From assembly GCA_051453625.1 (NCBI GenBank), contig JBOZIK010000001.1:27062628-27104424 (forward strand): a stretch of DNA of 41,797 bases, given 5' to 3'. Shown piece by piece: positions 24,701-37,257 of this stretch; the stretch's first letter is position 1; each line of letters starts with the position of its first letter. Source of the DNA: Welwitschia mirabilis (lineage: Eukaryota). The notes beneath the pieces are model-generated. The model was not told the origin of the DNA. It did no database searches and saw only the letters and a program-made list of their open reading frames with translations. The position numbers and the translations under genes are program-made.

Positions 24701-25146
24701 ATAAGTCTATCTTCTATTATAAATCTATTTGAATCTTTTAAATGTTTTCATATCCTCCATTAAGTCACACAGTTCAGCTTTTATTATTGTTGTGTCACCT
24801 ATTTCTTCATCTAACTTTTATTTCTCAGGGTTCTAGATGTATTATCCTTTTACATCCCTCCATTGTCCATAACTATCTTTTTCTAAAAGGGCTTAATTGA
24901 TTTTGGAAAAATGCTAAAAGTGCTATTCTTCTACTTCTAAAATGATAAGGCCACAATTTAACTAAAAATACTATAAAAAAATTAACTAGATTCTATAAAA
25001 TACTCAAAAAAACTAAAATACTAATAAAATGCTGGAAAGACATATAACTTAAACTACCACAATTATACATAAACTTAAATCATTAAAATGTTTATAAACA
25101 AATTTATTTCTTTTAGATTTTGAATCATAATAATGGCTTTAGATCA

Positions 25147-25824
25147 TGATACGAACTTTGTTAAGAATAACTATTCTTTGCAAAAAGGTGTTCTAATAGG
25201 ATTCTACTTAAAGACAATATTTTATAGAATGTGAGGAAAATGAAAGAACTAAAATAGATAAAACATAGTCAGATCACCTACACCCATTATTTCTAACTAG
25301 TACATCATCTTAAAATTAACTCTAGCTATTATGAAAATTAAAACCAAGAAAAGATAGCATGCAAATTTTTCAAATTACATACTTTAGTAACACAAGATTC
25401 ATTTTTGAATAACACAACTTATATTACTTAATTAAAAAAATACAAAGATTAACTTTTCCTGCATTTCCACAATAGACATAGGAGCTTTAGAAAATCACTT
25501 CATAGTTCTTCCTCCTATAATTTCTTTGCTTGAATATGCTTTTCAAGTTTTCTCCAAGACTCTAAAAATATCTACTAGCCTTCTTCTATGTGATTATTTA
25601 TAATTGTATGGCAGAGAGTTTGTTATTCCTTTTATTACATCAGTTGTTCATTTGTTATAATTGTTTCCCTTTTTGTAGCATTACTCCCCTTGACTGACCT
25701 ACAACACAAAGTTAGATTATAATAACTTGTAATATATTATAATAATGTCATAATATGGGGTAATAATTTATCATACCATTCATTAGAAATGTATCATAGA
25801 TATACATTCATTTCTGAGTCATCA
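25147..25824 (-). repeat. Probable 5' LTR of E (~680 bp)
   Basis: TGAT...ATCA termini, minus-strand TATAAATA near 25595-25602, and a sharp junction with F integrase at 25825. No partner LTR in the window and the PBS is very degenerate. Confidence 0.6.
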
Positions 25825-26405
25825 GTCTTGAACATCGGTTTGAGGAATACATTTGCAAATGACGTAGTCTAGGTAGTATTTAAAATGGTATGGCTTACTC
25901 TAAAATAAATATTTAACTTGGATTAAGAATCTCTTTTTATCATTAGTAATCTAGTTAGAAGGAGTAGTTTTAGAGACTACGTAATTAGAGATATATGCAA
26001 ACTAGGCTATTTCTTTGACTAAAAAGAGATGTTCGTTAGGAAAAGTATCATCAATAGGTAAAGATGTTTGTATATTATTTGGATATATTCATAAAAGATG
26101 ATCTACAATAACATTATCAAAGCCTTTCTTATACTTAATCTCTAAATCTAATTCTCAAAGGATAATCTCTAAATCTAATTCTTAAAGGATAAGAATCAAC
26201 TTAATAAGACATGGTTTTGAATCCTTTTTAAAAAAGGTGTTTAGGAGATAAGTGATTAGTGTAAATAACTACTAAAAATCTTAAGAGATATTGCCTAACT
26301 TTTTCAAGGGTAAAGGTAATAAGTAAAAGATCCATCTCTATGATAGTATAATTGATTTAAGTATCATTTAATGTTTTATTAGCATTATGAATCACAACTG
26401 GTTTT
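25825..26405 (-). pseudogene. pol: Element F pol, segment 3: RNase H and integrase N-terminus
   Basis: KPVVIHNANKTLNDT*INYTIIEMDLLLITFTLEKVRQYLL...DSKPCLIKLILIL*ELDLEI...PIDDTFPNEHLF...KCIPQTDVQD. Confidence 0.9.
26137..26190. repeat. 27-bp tandem duplication inside F RNase H
   Basis: AATCTCTAAATCTAATTCTYAAAGGAT x2, one mismatch. Confidence 0.9.
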
Positions 26406-27602
26406 TAAGGGATTTGGAACCCTGGGGATAAATAGGATTTAAAAATTAAATGACCTTAAAAGCTATCTTCACAAGAGTTAAAAGCTAAAAGAAATTTTTG
26501 CATATGAAATACAAAAATAAATTTGAAATAAAGATAACTAAAAGTACAAAATACTAATAAAGATAGATACATGATTTATAGTGGTTTAGAAAACCACCTA
26601 CTCCACTCTCAGNNNNNNNNNNGTGAGCAATGTTTACTCAAGCCTAATCTAGATCTTTGTCAATTACTTTCTAGGTATTTTAGGTTTAACTATAACTTTT
26701 TACAATTGGATTTTTCAGAGGCTTAGTCTCAACCTTCTAGAGAGAATTCTATTTACTGATAAAGACATGTCATAATGCATAAGTTCCATCAGATCTTGAA
26801 GTACAATAATGAGGGTACTACACTACTTGAATGATATTACAATCGACATACATGTAATGTAAACTAATAGATCAAGTACTAATGATTACAACAGATATTT
26901 GTTCATCTTTGATTAGATAGAAGATATTCAATCAGTAGTTAAAAAGCTCATTAAAAAGATATTCAAAAGTGCTATAATGATTCTAATGACTAGCAAATAT
27001 ATAGAAGAAAAATTTTAGGGTTTTATAAGTAAAATAGTTTCTCCAACAAATAAAAATAATAGACTAAATAGCTAGTTCCATTACAACTGGTTAAATCCTA
27101 AAAATGTTTAGTTAACTCCATCAAGTATCATCACTAAAGCTAGTCATCCCCATCTTCTTCTAATTTACCCATGCTTCTTATATTTCCATGTTTGATTAAC
27201 TTCTTAAGGATTCAATTAACTACATATTTAGTCAATTATATTTTGATCCAGTTAATCCCATCTCTAGAAAATTGCAGAACAACATTTATGACCTAGGTTT
27301 GGTTAACCCCTAAGGTATCTAGTTGATCCCTTAATTGAAAAAGTTGAAATCACTTCACTCTAGTTATAGTTGATACCTTATGAATTTGGTTGATGCCTTG
27401 ATGATTAGATGTAACAAATTTATTGCTTAGACCTGGTTAACTCCTTTGAATATTTGAAACTTATTAGGTTTAAATAAGATTTATGATAAATAATTGTAGC
27501 TTCTAATATGTGAGGATTAATATTTTCTATGAAAAATACAACATGTTTTACTAAAATAGAAAATGTTAGTTTCAAATCAACTTGACAAATTATAGCTCAA
27601 TA
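26406..27602 (-). repeat. 3' LTR of G (~1.2 kb)
   Basis: Collinear with 34298-36020. Preceded on the minus strand by PPT CAAAGGGGAAGAT (27603-27615). SIRE-type U5 motif GAGAGTGGAGTAGG...AAACCACTATAAA at ~26575-26610. Confidence 0.9.
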
Positions 27603-28100
27603 ATCTTCCCCTTTGACATTTCTGGTAAACTATACTTAGTTGAAAATACTAAATGAAAAAACTTCCCTTATATAATGCCCATTAAATTTGCAAAAATATT
27701 ATTCAACATATATATCAAATTTAGCATTCATAAATGATTTCTAATAAGAGTAATAAATATAAACAATTTGAAGTCTAGTTTATAAGATATATAATATTCA
27801 TTTATATATATGACAAAATCATGATTTATGAGATATTAATACTCATTAATAGATGTAACATAAGCATGGTTTATGATAAATGAAATATGCATTAAATAGA
27901 TAAGACAAAAAAAATGATACCAAATGTATTTCTATTACTTAATATTAAGTAGTACAAATAAAGGTACTCATTACGAGTAATTACAACTAATAGATACTAA
28001 TAAGTACTACTAAGAAATAACTAATAACATATGATACCAATTGAAAAAAGCTAAATATACAACTATCATTTCTACCTTTTGAAATTAATGACAAAGGATA
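27603..28100 (-). promoter_or_regulatory. Multiple-PPT region upstream of the 3' LTR of G
   Basis: PPT-like tracts at 27603-27615, ~27662-27670 and ~28070-28098 (CCTTTGTCATTAATTTCAAAAGGTAGAAA). Multiple PPTs are a Sirevirus hallmark. Confidence 0.65.
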
Positions 28101-28159
28101 GAAAACTAAAAATAACTAGTACAACTGAAAAAACTAATAGAGAAGACAAAAAATCAATT

Positions 28160-29215
28160 AGATTCTTCTTCTTCTTCTTCCTTAGATTCTTCTTCAAAAT
28201 TTGGTTCTTCTTCCTCTTTCTCTCATACCTTTAATGTATAGCTACTGGCATCCTTAGAAGTATTAGCTACCTCATATCCTCTTATGATCAGAGCCTCTTT
28301 CATATGCCTTGAGTAAGAATTCAACCTCTTCAAGTAAGAAAAAGTCCCTTCAAGAGAGGTTTGCTTGGAATAAAGATACTTGAAAGATTTCTTAGATCTT
28401 GCAAATATATGCATGTAAGACAAAGTTGCACATCTAATCTCTAATATAGGAGTTAAATTTTTTAACTTTGAGTGCAACTAGACTCTAAAATGATGATAAA
28501 TATTTGTAATTAAAACTAAAAAAGGAAGATCCCTAATCTTATGATATTCCAACTGAGAGATTGTGTTCTTTAACATAATGATAGGAGCATTAATAGAATG
28601 CCTAGTTTTCACTCAATATAACAAATAAGATCTATAGTTGGAGTTCGCATCATGATGATCTGACAAAGGTGAGAAATTATAAGTAAAGAACAAATGCAAA
28701 AAGTAGTATTTTGGGATAATATAGGAGGTGGAAATAGTGTTTTTCCATTAATGAAACTTATAATATAGCTCCCTGATGATCTCTATCTTATCCTCCATGG
28801 AATCATGCAAGGGTCAAAATTCCTCATAATCTCTTCTAGGGATATTTATAAGGAAGTCAATGAGATCTATAGTAACCCTAATCCTCTTTCACAACACAAG
28901 GGTTATCAAGGTAGAAGAGTCAACATCAAAAGAGGAATTAAAATAAAACATTCTAGTGAGGAAAGAGTAGAATAAACTTGAAACATCAAGAAAGTAAGAT
29001 AAATCAAGCTCATTTAAGAGCCTTACCATATCTTTGAATTTCATTAGCTTCTTAGAAGTAATAGACCTTTCCTGAAAAATAGGTTTCTTTTTAAACTTCT
29101 ATGTGAACTTGTCTAAGACCTCATTAGATATTTTAAAGTAAAAATTCCTTGGATGTTTTCTTGTTGACTTCTTCTAATGCCTTCTTAAGGGACCATCTAC
29201 CATTGAAAGCATATG
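28160..29215 (-). pseudogene. Decayed SIRE env-like/additional ORF
   Basis: FYSFLTRMFYFNS...LITLVL*KRIRVTIDLIDFLINIP...HLFFTYNFSPLSDHH...YLLY...INAPIIML...DLPFLVLITNIYHHFRV, followed by an acidic tail. Lies between pol and the PPTs. Confidence 0.75.
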
Positions 29216-29589
29216 GCACTTCTTGAAGATTAAAAAAAAAAAATGCTTGAGAGAGATAGCTAGATCTAAAGAAGATAGATGAACAGATGTGAATACAAAG
29301 GGTTGGGGCTCAATAATATTTTATAAAGAAGAGTGATTGGGTTAGATTTAAGAAAAATATTGGGTTTACCACCTTAACTTCCATACTATAACCCTATAGA
29401 TCCAATGTATTAGGTGATGATATAGCCAACCCAATGAATCTTTGATTATAAAACTTCTAAGTTTGGTTAACTAGGTCTTTAGATTAATTGACTCAACTGG
29501 ATTCATGTTGATCTAGGAAAAGCTAGGTGACTAGATGAAAATGTGGCTAACTGACTAGATTTGTTCGATTAAATGCAAGATTTAATAGA

Positions 29590-32500
29590 CTACCCTACTT
29601 TTAGTTAGAGAATGTAGAAAGTCTTAGAAATTTCTTAAAGTTTAGGGATTTTATAAAAATATCAATATGTTATCTATCAGTGCTAATAAAATTCATTAAA
29701 ATGTTAACTTTTTCCACTTGATTTCTACGGAAATGATGTCTTAATTTAATGTGTTTAGTTCTAAAATGTTGAACAAGATTCTTTAATATATTAATTGCAC
29801 TTGTATTGATACAAAAGATTGAAACCTATTCAAAATCTACCCCAAAGTATTTTAACATTTTCTTCATCCAAATAAGATGGGTACAAAAATTCCCTACTAG
29901 TATATACTCTGATTTTACTATAGAAATAAAGATAGAGTTTTACTTTTTACTTGTCCATACTACTAAGCATGATCCTAAAAGAATTTAATTATCACTAATG
30001 CTTTTCCTATCATCTTTTTACCTAGCCAAATCTATATCACTAAAGCTTGTAAGTTGGAAAGATGTTTTTACAGGTTACCGTAATCTGTAGTCACTTGTAC
30101 CTCTTATGTATCTTATGATCCTCATAACAGCTTGAAGGTATGATTCCTTTGATTGAGTTTGGTATCTAGCACACATGGAAATAGTAAATATTATATTAAG
30201 TCTACTTGTAGTTAGATATAATATAGTTTCTATCATGGTTTTATAAAGTTTTTGGTCTACAGATTTTTCATGTTCATTAAGACTAACCTCATAAGAAGTT
30301 AACATAGGTATGTCAATTGATTTTATAGTTTCTAACCCAAATTATTTTATCAAATCCCTTCTGTATTTAGATTAAGATATTAAACTCTCATGTTTTATTT
30401 GTTTGATTTAGAGCGTAAAAAACATGTAAACTTCACCAAACATACTAATTTCAAAATGTATTATCATTATGCTAGAAAATTCTTTTAAGAGATCTCCACT
30501 TGAGGCTTCAAAAATTATGTCTTCGACATATATTTAAATAATAATAAAACCTTTTTTAATATTTTTAATAAATAATTTTTTATCCATAGTTCCATGAGTA
30601 TAACCATTTTATTAAGAAATATAACTAGTTTTTCATGAAACTTGTTTTAATCTATACAAGGCCTTTTTGAGTCTATACACATAGTTTAGTTTGTATGGAT
30701 CTATATAACATTGAGGTTATTCCACATAAACTTCTTTCTCAAGGGTTCGATTTAGAAAGGCACTTTTAATATTTATTTGATAAAATTTAATGTTATTAAA
30801 GGCTACATAAGATAAAAGCATTCTGATACTATCTAGCCTAGCTACAGGAGTAAAAAATATCACATAGATCTATGTCTTCAATTTAGTTGTAACCTTGTAC
30901 CATTAATTTTACCTTTTTTTCATTACATTATTTTGTTCATCACATTTATTCTTGAAAATTCATTTTTTCCCAATAACATTTTTGTCTTTTGATCTTTTAA
31001 TGAGTTTCCATGCATCATTTCTTTTAAATTATTGGAGCTCATATTGCATAGCCATCATCCATTCTTCATGAGATTCTACCTCTTTAAACTTTTTAGGTAT
31101 AATTTGCAAGACATAACAAATGTATGCATAAAAATTTTTAAGAGAGGTCCTTATTCAAAATTTTGAGCCAGTATCTTTAATAATAACTCCTAAAAGATTA
31201 TCTTTTACTCTTTAAACTTTTTACAAGTAACTTCTTGAGTTTACTCTTCTTTTTATTTGGTTGATACCTCTTTTATTATGGGAGTTCTTAGAGTTAAGTT
31301 TTCTTCACCATTTGAATGAAGAAGTCTTAAGCTAAAATCATCTATTTTAACATTTATAGGTTCTTCCACTATTAGACTTACTTTTGTTAAACACTCAATA
31401 TCTCTACTTCTAGTTGAGTATCCTAAAAATATTGTTTCATTAACTTTTGACTTAAATTTTCTCAAGTGATTTCTATATTTTAATACAAAGTAATTACTTT
31501 CAAAGACTTTAAAATATGAAACATTTAGTTTTCTTCCTTTCTAAAGCTCATAGGAAGTCTTATCCATTCATGATCATGGGAAAAGTCTATTTATAATGTA
31601 GCAAGAGATGCTTAATACTTTAGCCTAAAATGTTTTAGAAACCTCCTTATCATTTAACATTATCTTATCCATTTCTTGAAGGACTCATATCTTTCTCTTG
31701 GTAATTCCTTTTTCTTAAGGAGTCTTTGGGCCTGAAAATAATGTTCTATACCATTGTCTACATAATGCTTTTCAAAAATGTAATTTTGAAGTTCTTCTTT
31801 ATGATTACTTATAATTTTATTGATGGTATATCCTTTCTCATTTTGGATTTTCTTACAAATTTCAATACAACATTGATACATTTTAGATTTGTTTCTAAGA
31901 AAAGCAACCCAAGTAAATCTGGAGTAGTCATCAACCATAATTAAGAAATGTAGTTCACCTCTCTTAGATGTTTTCTTTCAATTGAACCCACCTAGTCCAT
32001 GTGAATAAGTTCAAGAGGCATTATTGTAGAGATTATATTTTTATTTTTATAAGAATTCCTAACTTGTTTTCCTTTTTAATACACATCAAAAACCCATGTT
32101 TTTTAATGTTAATATTAGGAATTTCTTTCATAATTTCCTTTTTAATAATTTATTTGAGATGATTATAATTTACATGTCCTAATCATTGATGCCATAGTTC
32201 TTCTTGATTTAGATGATAAAAATAAGATGTAGATAAAGACTAATCAATACTATAAACATTATCTATTCTATTTTAGTTAAGAATAACATCATTTATTTTT
32301 CAATGTCTAACTTCAAACTTTTTACTATCAAATATAACTTTGTACCCTTTATCATAAATTTGAATAATACATTGCAAATTATGATTTAGGCCATTAATAT
32401 ATAAAACTTCATTAATCTTAAGCATGTTACCTCCATCAATGCTTTCAATTCCTTTGATCTTTGCTCTTTCATTATCATCAAATGTAACTTCTTCTCCATC

Positions 32501-34230
32501 AAAGTCATCTAGATATTCAAATCTTAACTTATCACTTATCATGTATTAAGATCAACCACTATTTAAGTACTAGCTTATTTCATTTAGTACCTTAAAAGTT
32601 GTTTGGATTAAAAGGATTATTAAATTATTAGCTCTCACTTACTTAGTCCATTTGGACTATTGTGATATACATCCCCTTGGGATAAATTTAAAAGGAAAAA
32701 TGCTAATAGAATTTAAAAAGAGCATTAAATTTCTAGCATTGCAAAACAATTTAGAATGTGATAACTTACCATAAAAATAACATATAATTTTTGACATAAT
32801 TATCTTATTTTATTACTTGATGTGGTTGATTTCATGGTATTTAAGAGATGAATCCATTACCTTTCTTATCATGAACTAGTTTTTATAACCTAAGCCTCCA
32901 TTCTAATTTAGTTAAACTATTTGAAAATTTACTTACAAAATAAGATAAGATATTTACCTCTTGAGTAAGTACGGAGTTTTTAGTTTGAACCATTCTATAC
33001 TTTGTTTTTTTTCAACTCTTTATTTTCTTTGATTAGGATTTATTATTTTATTTAGATCATTGATACATTTTACCAAGTTTTCACATTCTAAGTAAAGCTC
33101 TTAGCATGTATCTTAAAGCTTATTTTGGTCTTTTTCAATAAGATATAGATCATTGGATTCTGATGAACAAGGAATGTTTCTTATGGGAGGGACTATTACC
33201 ATAAAAGAAAGTCTTCGGTCTTCATCTAACTCTTAGATTGAGCTACTATCATATTTATCTATATTATCTCATGTAGTAATGAAGGATGATGTCTTTGATT
33301 TCCTCTAATCTCTTTTGTTGTTTGGACTTTTTTTTGCAACATGTTCATAATCCTTACAAGTATAGCATTGGATGTCCTTTCCTTTATCTTCATCTTCTTT
33401 AAATTTGGAATTATCCCTTTTTAACTATTTGCTTGATTCATCCTCTTTCTTTCCTCTTTGTAAGAATTTTTAAATCTTCTTGCCAAAAGAATAGCCTTAT
33501 CTTTATTAAGTTATTCATTTGATTTTTTAAATCTATATTTTTCCTGCACACTTTTTAAAGTAAGGTATTATTTTAATCTTTAGGAAATTTCAACTCATAC
33601 ATTTCAAGATTACCTTGAAGTCCCTTATATACTATTCAATTGATGTTCTTGCTTTCTTCGATGGCTGTGATCTTTAGCTAAAAACATTTAGGGAGAGATC
33701 TTAAAACTTTTCAAACAGCCTTTTCTTCATTCTTTCTTTAACCTAGACTTGCCATAGAATTTACAATGTTTATCAGTCTAGTAAAGAACTCTTCTAAAGT
33801 CTCCTCTTCATCAATGTAAATGTTTTCAGGCTTGGAAATGAGCATTTGTAGCTTTGTTAACTTAATAGTAGATGTTCCTTTATGTTATATTTCAAGAATT
33901 TCTCAAGATTCTTTGGCATGTTTAGAGTTTACAATCCTTTTAAATTTATTTGCACATAATACATAAAAAATAGTATTAATAGCACGGTCATCTAGGATAG
34001 CTTTGGCTTTGTCCATAGAGGACATTAATCTTGATATTTTTCTACTACTATGATGTTTTCATTAATATTAATCTTAGAGAGGGTATGGTGTATTCATTAT
34101 AGATTACCTCCTCAATGTCTACATTTAAGGATCTAAGAAATATTCTCATATGGGTCTTTCAATAGGCATAGTTTATTCCATCAAACATGGGGGATCTTCC
34201 AATAGAAAATCCATCAAAAGGATTACTTAT
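29590..34230 (-). pseudogene. gag-pol: Decayed copia gag-pol of G
   Basis: gag GFSIGRSPMFDGINYAY*KTHMRIFL; zinc knuckle IQCYTCKDYEHV (~33345-33375); PR *YLNSG*S*YM (~32540-32575); LWHQ*LGHV; INT MVDDYSRFTWVAFL; RT DQKLYKTMIETILYLTTSR; RH TKHIKLRHHF. Confidence 0.95.
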
Positions 34231-34282
34231 ATTTAGGGTTCAGAAGTCTAGATCTATTAGGATCTACTAATAACTCTACCTA

Positions 34283-34294
34283 GCTCTAATACCA
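34283..34294 (-). promoter_or_regulatory. tRNA-iMet PBS of G
   Basis: Minus strand TGGTATTAGAGC versus canonical TGGTATCAGAGC, 3 bp from the LTR. Confidence 0.88.
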
Positions 34295-34297
34295 AAT

Positions 34298-36020
34298 TAA
34301 GGATCTAGAAGCTTAGAAGAGAGGAGGGGGAAAGGGGATGAATAGGATTTAAAAATTAAATAACCTCAAAAGCTATCTAAATAAAAATTAAAAACTAAAA
34401 GAAACTTATGCATACTAAATACAAAAATAAATATAAAATAAAGATAAATGGAAGAATAANNNNNNNNNNNNNNNNNNNNNNNNNNNNNNNNNNNNNNNNN
34501 NNNNNNNNNNNNNNNNNNNNNNNNNNNNNNNNNNNNNNNNNNNNNNNNNNNNNNNNNNNNNNNNNNNNNNNNNNNNNNNNNNNNNNNNNNNNNNNNNNNN
34601 NNNNNNNNNNNNNNNNNNNNNNNNNNNNNNNNNNNNNNNNNNNNNNNNNNNNNNNNNNNNNNNNNNNNNNNNNNNNNNNNNNNNNNNNNNNNNNNNNNNN
34701 NNNNNNNNNNNNNNNNNNNNNNNNNNNNNNNNNNNNNNNNNNNNNNNNNNNNNNNNNNNNNNNNNNNNNNNNNNNNNNNNNNNNNNNNNNNNNNNNNNNN
34801 NNNNNNNNNNNNNNNNNNNNNNNNNNNNNNNNNNNNNNNNNNNNNNNNNNNNNNNNNNNNNNNNNNNNNNNNNNNNNNNNNNNNNNNNNNNNNNNNNNNN
34901 NNNNNNNNNNNNNNNNNNNNNNNNNNNNNNNNNNNNNNNNNNNNNNNNNNNNNNNNNNNNNNNNNNNNNNNNNNNNNNNNNNNNNNNNNNNNNNNNNNNN
35001 NNNNNNNNNNNNNNNNNNNNNNNNNNNNNNNNNNNNNACTCTCAGTAATTAGCTTCTACCCAAGTCTAGTGTAGATCTTCGATAATCACTTTCTAAGTAT
35101 TCTAAGTTCACCTGTAATCTTTTATAATAAGACTTTTAAAAGGATCAATCTTAGCCTTTTATATAGAATACTATTTATTGATAATGGCATGCCATAATGC
35201 ATAAATTTCATTAAATCTTAAACTACAATAATAATGGTACTACACTACTTGAATGATATCGTAATTCACATACATACAATGCAAACTGATAAACCAAGTA
35301 CTAATGATTACAAAAGATGTTTGTTCTTCTTTAGAAGATACATGAATGAGTAGTCTAAAAGCTTGTCAAAAAGATATTCAAAATTGATGAAATGATTTTG
35401 GCAATTAACAAATATATAGAATAAAAATTTTAGGATTTTATAAGTAATATAGATTTTCCAACAGATAAAAATAGAAGGTTAAATGATTAGCTCTGTTATG
35501 ATTAATCAACCCCTCAAAATGTCTAGTTAATTCATAAAGTATCATCACAGAAGTTAGTTACCCCCATCTTCTTTTGATNNNNNNNNNNNNNNNNNNNNNN
35601 NNNNNNNNNNNNNNNNNNNNNNNNNNNNNNNNNNNNNNNNNNNNNNNNNNNNNNNNNNNNNNNNNNNNNNNNNNNNNNNNNNNNNNNNNCTGAGGTTCAG
35701 TCGATCCCTTAGGTATTTAATTGACCCCTTGATCAAAAAAGATGGAATTACTTTGATTCAGGTCTAATTGAACCATCATGAATTTATTAAAACCCTTGAT
35801 AACTAAATGTAATAGATTTATGGCTCAAGTCTAGCTGACCCCTTAGGAATTAGGATAACCTGTTTAAGGATTTAAAACTTATCAGGTTCAGATAAGGTTT
35901 GTGACAAATGATTATAGATTTTAACCTATAAGGACTAATATTTTTTGCAAAGAATACAACATTTTTTACTAAAATAGAAAATATTAGTTTGACATTAAGT
36001 TGAAAAATTAAAACTTAATA
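34298..36020 (-). repeat. 5' LTR of G (contains two N-gaps)
   Basis: Sequenced parts are collinear with 26406-27602. Confidence 0.88.
34460..35037. other. Largest assembly gap (others: 384-684, 2713-2722, 10779-10878, 12163-12262, 18078-18177, 26613-26622, 35579-35689)
   Basis: Runs of N read directly. Confidence 0.98.
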
Positions 36021-36025
36021 GTTTT

Positions 36026-36101
36026 TTATTAACTCTTTATTTTAACACAACTCTTAGTATGAAGTCACTTCCATCACATATAAGTTAAAAATTGTAATTA
36101 G
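36026..36101 (-). pseudogene. pol: Element F pol, segment 2: start of RNase H
   Basis: F*LICDGSDFILRVVLK*RVN is a decayed FELMCDASDFAIGAVLGQR. Confidence 0.85.
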
Positions 36102-37257
36102 TGTTAAGATTTTATTTTTAATAATTAATGTAAAATTAATATGATTTTTGTAGAATTAAAAGTGACTTTATAGGTGTAATAAAATACCGGATCTATATCC
36201 AAGAGATAGCAAGATTTGGACATGTTCTAATTAAAGTAACCTAAGTTTCTATCCAAGGAATTAATGTAGGAGCTGATCAAACTTGGAAATATGAATTTTG
36301 GGCTATTTCATATGGGATTGACTGGATTTTTGAGGGGTTGACCAAACTTGAAAATGCAGTTTTTAGGCTTTCCAATATGTACTATGTCCCATGGGGTCGA
36401 CCAGACTCATGTGGGGTCAACCGAACTTAGAGGAAAGTGGTCAACTAGATTTTAGATGAGGTAAACTAGACTTGTGACTTTAAGAGCTAGTATTCCTAAA
36501 CCAATGGTAAGGGATTAAATGGATGTTCCAAGAGATTGACCGAATAATGCAGAAGCAGAAATTTTGAAGCGATTTTCCAAGCGTTACTTCACAAAATCTA
36601 TCCATTGCAAATGTCAGAATTCGTGTCTAACTATCTAAACAGTTATAATTTGGGAAATCTATAAATAAGAGGTAACACTCAAAAACCCTAGAGCTTAATA
36701 TTTGGTTGGATTTTTGAAAAGAAAGATTGCACTCTTGATCTGAAGGGCTTATCTTTATACTATGATTCTTCTATCATTTAGCACTTACCTTTGTATCTAA
36801 TCTGAGTAATAAGGCTCCATTATAGTTATTTCACTTAAGTGATCTAAAGCATAGAGGCTTCATTTTCTCACTCACCACTATGCATTTTTTGAAGGTTGAG
36901 ACTTAGCCTGTAAAAGTCCATTTGAAGAGGTTGAGACTTAGCCTATAAAAGTCTATTTGAAGAGGTTAAGGCTTAGCTAGTAAAAGTCCATTTATAAAGG
37001 TTATAGATGAACCTGGAATACATGGTGTAGTAACAAAGATTCGAGATCTAGCTTTGGAGAAGCTGATCATTGAGAGTGGAGTAGGGTGTATCCTAAACCA
37101 TTATAAATTTTATCATGTGCTTTTATTTTGGTTCTTCTTTTTTATTTCATTTTGTTATATCTTTTCATGCATAATTTATTTTAATAGTAATAATTGTTTA
37201 AATTTTTTTAGAAGTCCTATTCATCCCCTCATCCCTCTAGGGTTCACGATATTATCA
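36102..37257 (+). mobile_element. Element H: SIRE-type copia solo LTR (1156 bp)
   Basis: TG...CA ends with perfect TSD ATTAG (36097-36101, 37258-37262). TATAAATA at 36660. U5 motif GAGAGTGGAGTAGG...AAACCATTATAAA and 3' end CCTATTCATCCCC...CTCTAGG. No PBS or PPT flanks. Confidence 0.92.
36893..36993 (+). repeat. 35-bp tandem repeat x3 within solo LTR H
   Basis: AGGTTGAGACTTAGCCTRTAAAAGTCYATTTGAAG at 36893, 36928 and 36963 (third copy more diverged). Confidence 0.9.

Larger units (their letters stand above)
22683..25824 (-). mobile_element. Element E: 5' part of another Ty3/gypsy (Athila-like) element
   Basis: Putative LTR at 25147-25824, then leader, gag and protease. Truncated at 22683 by the LTR of C. 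The right end abuts the integrase of F. Confidence 0.72.
26406..36020 (-). mobile_element. Element G: full-length but decayed SIRE/Maximus-type Ty1/copia element with env-like ORF
   Basis: Paired LTRs, Met-type PBS, copia order gag-PR-INT-RT-RH, extra ORF and multiple PPTs. TSD GTTTT at 26401-26405 and 36021-36025. Removing G rejoins host RH as ...VVLK*RVNKKPVVIH. Confidence 0.93.

Noticed and set aside
25120..25146. PBS of element E
   Set aside because: TAAAGCCATTATTATGA is positionally right but too degenerate from the tRNA-Asp PBS to call.
36893..36993. CRISPR-like array (also considered 12263-12457)
   Set aside because: Head-to-tail repeats without unique spacers, inside plant retroelement sequence, with no cas genes.
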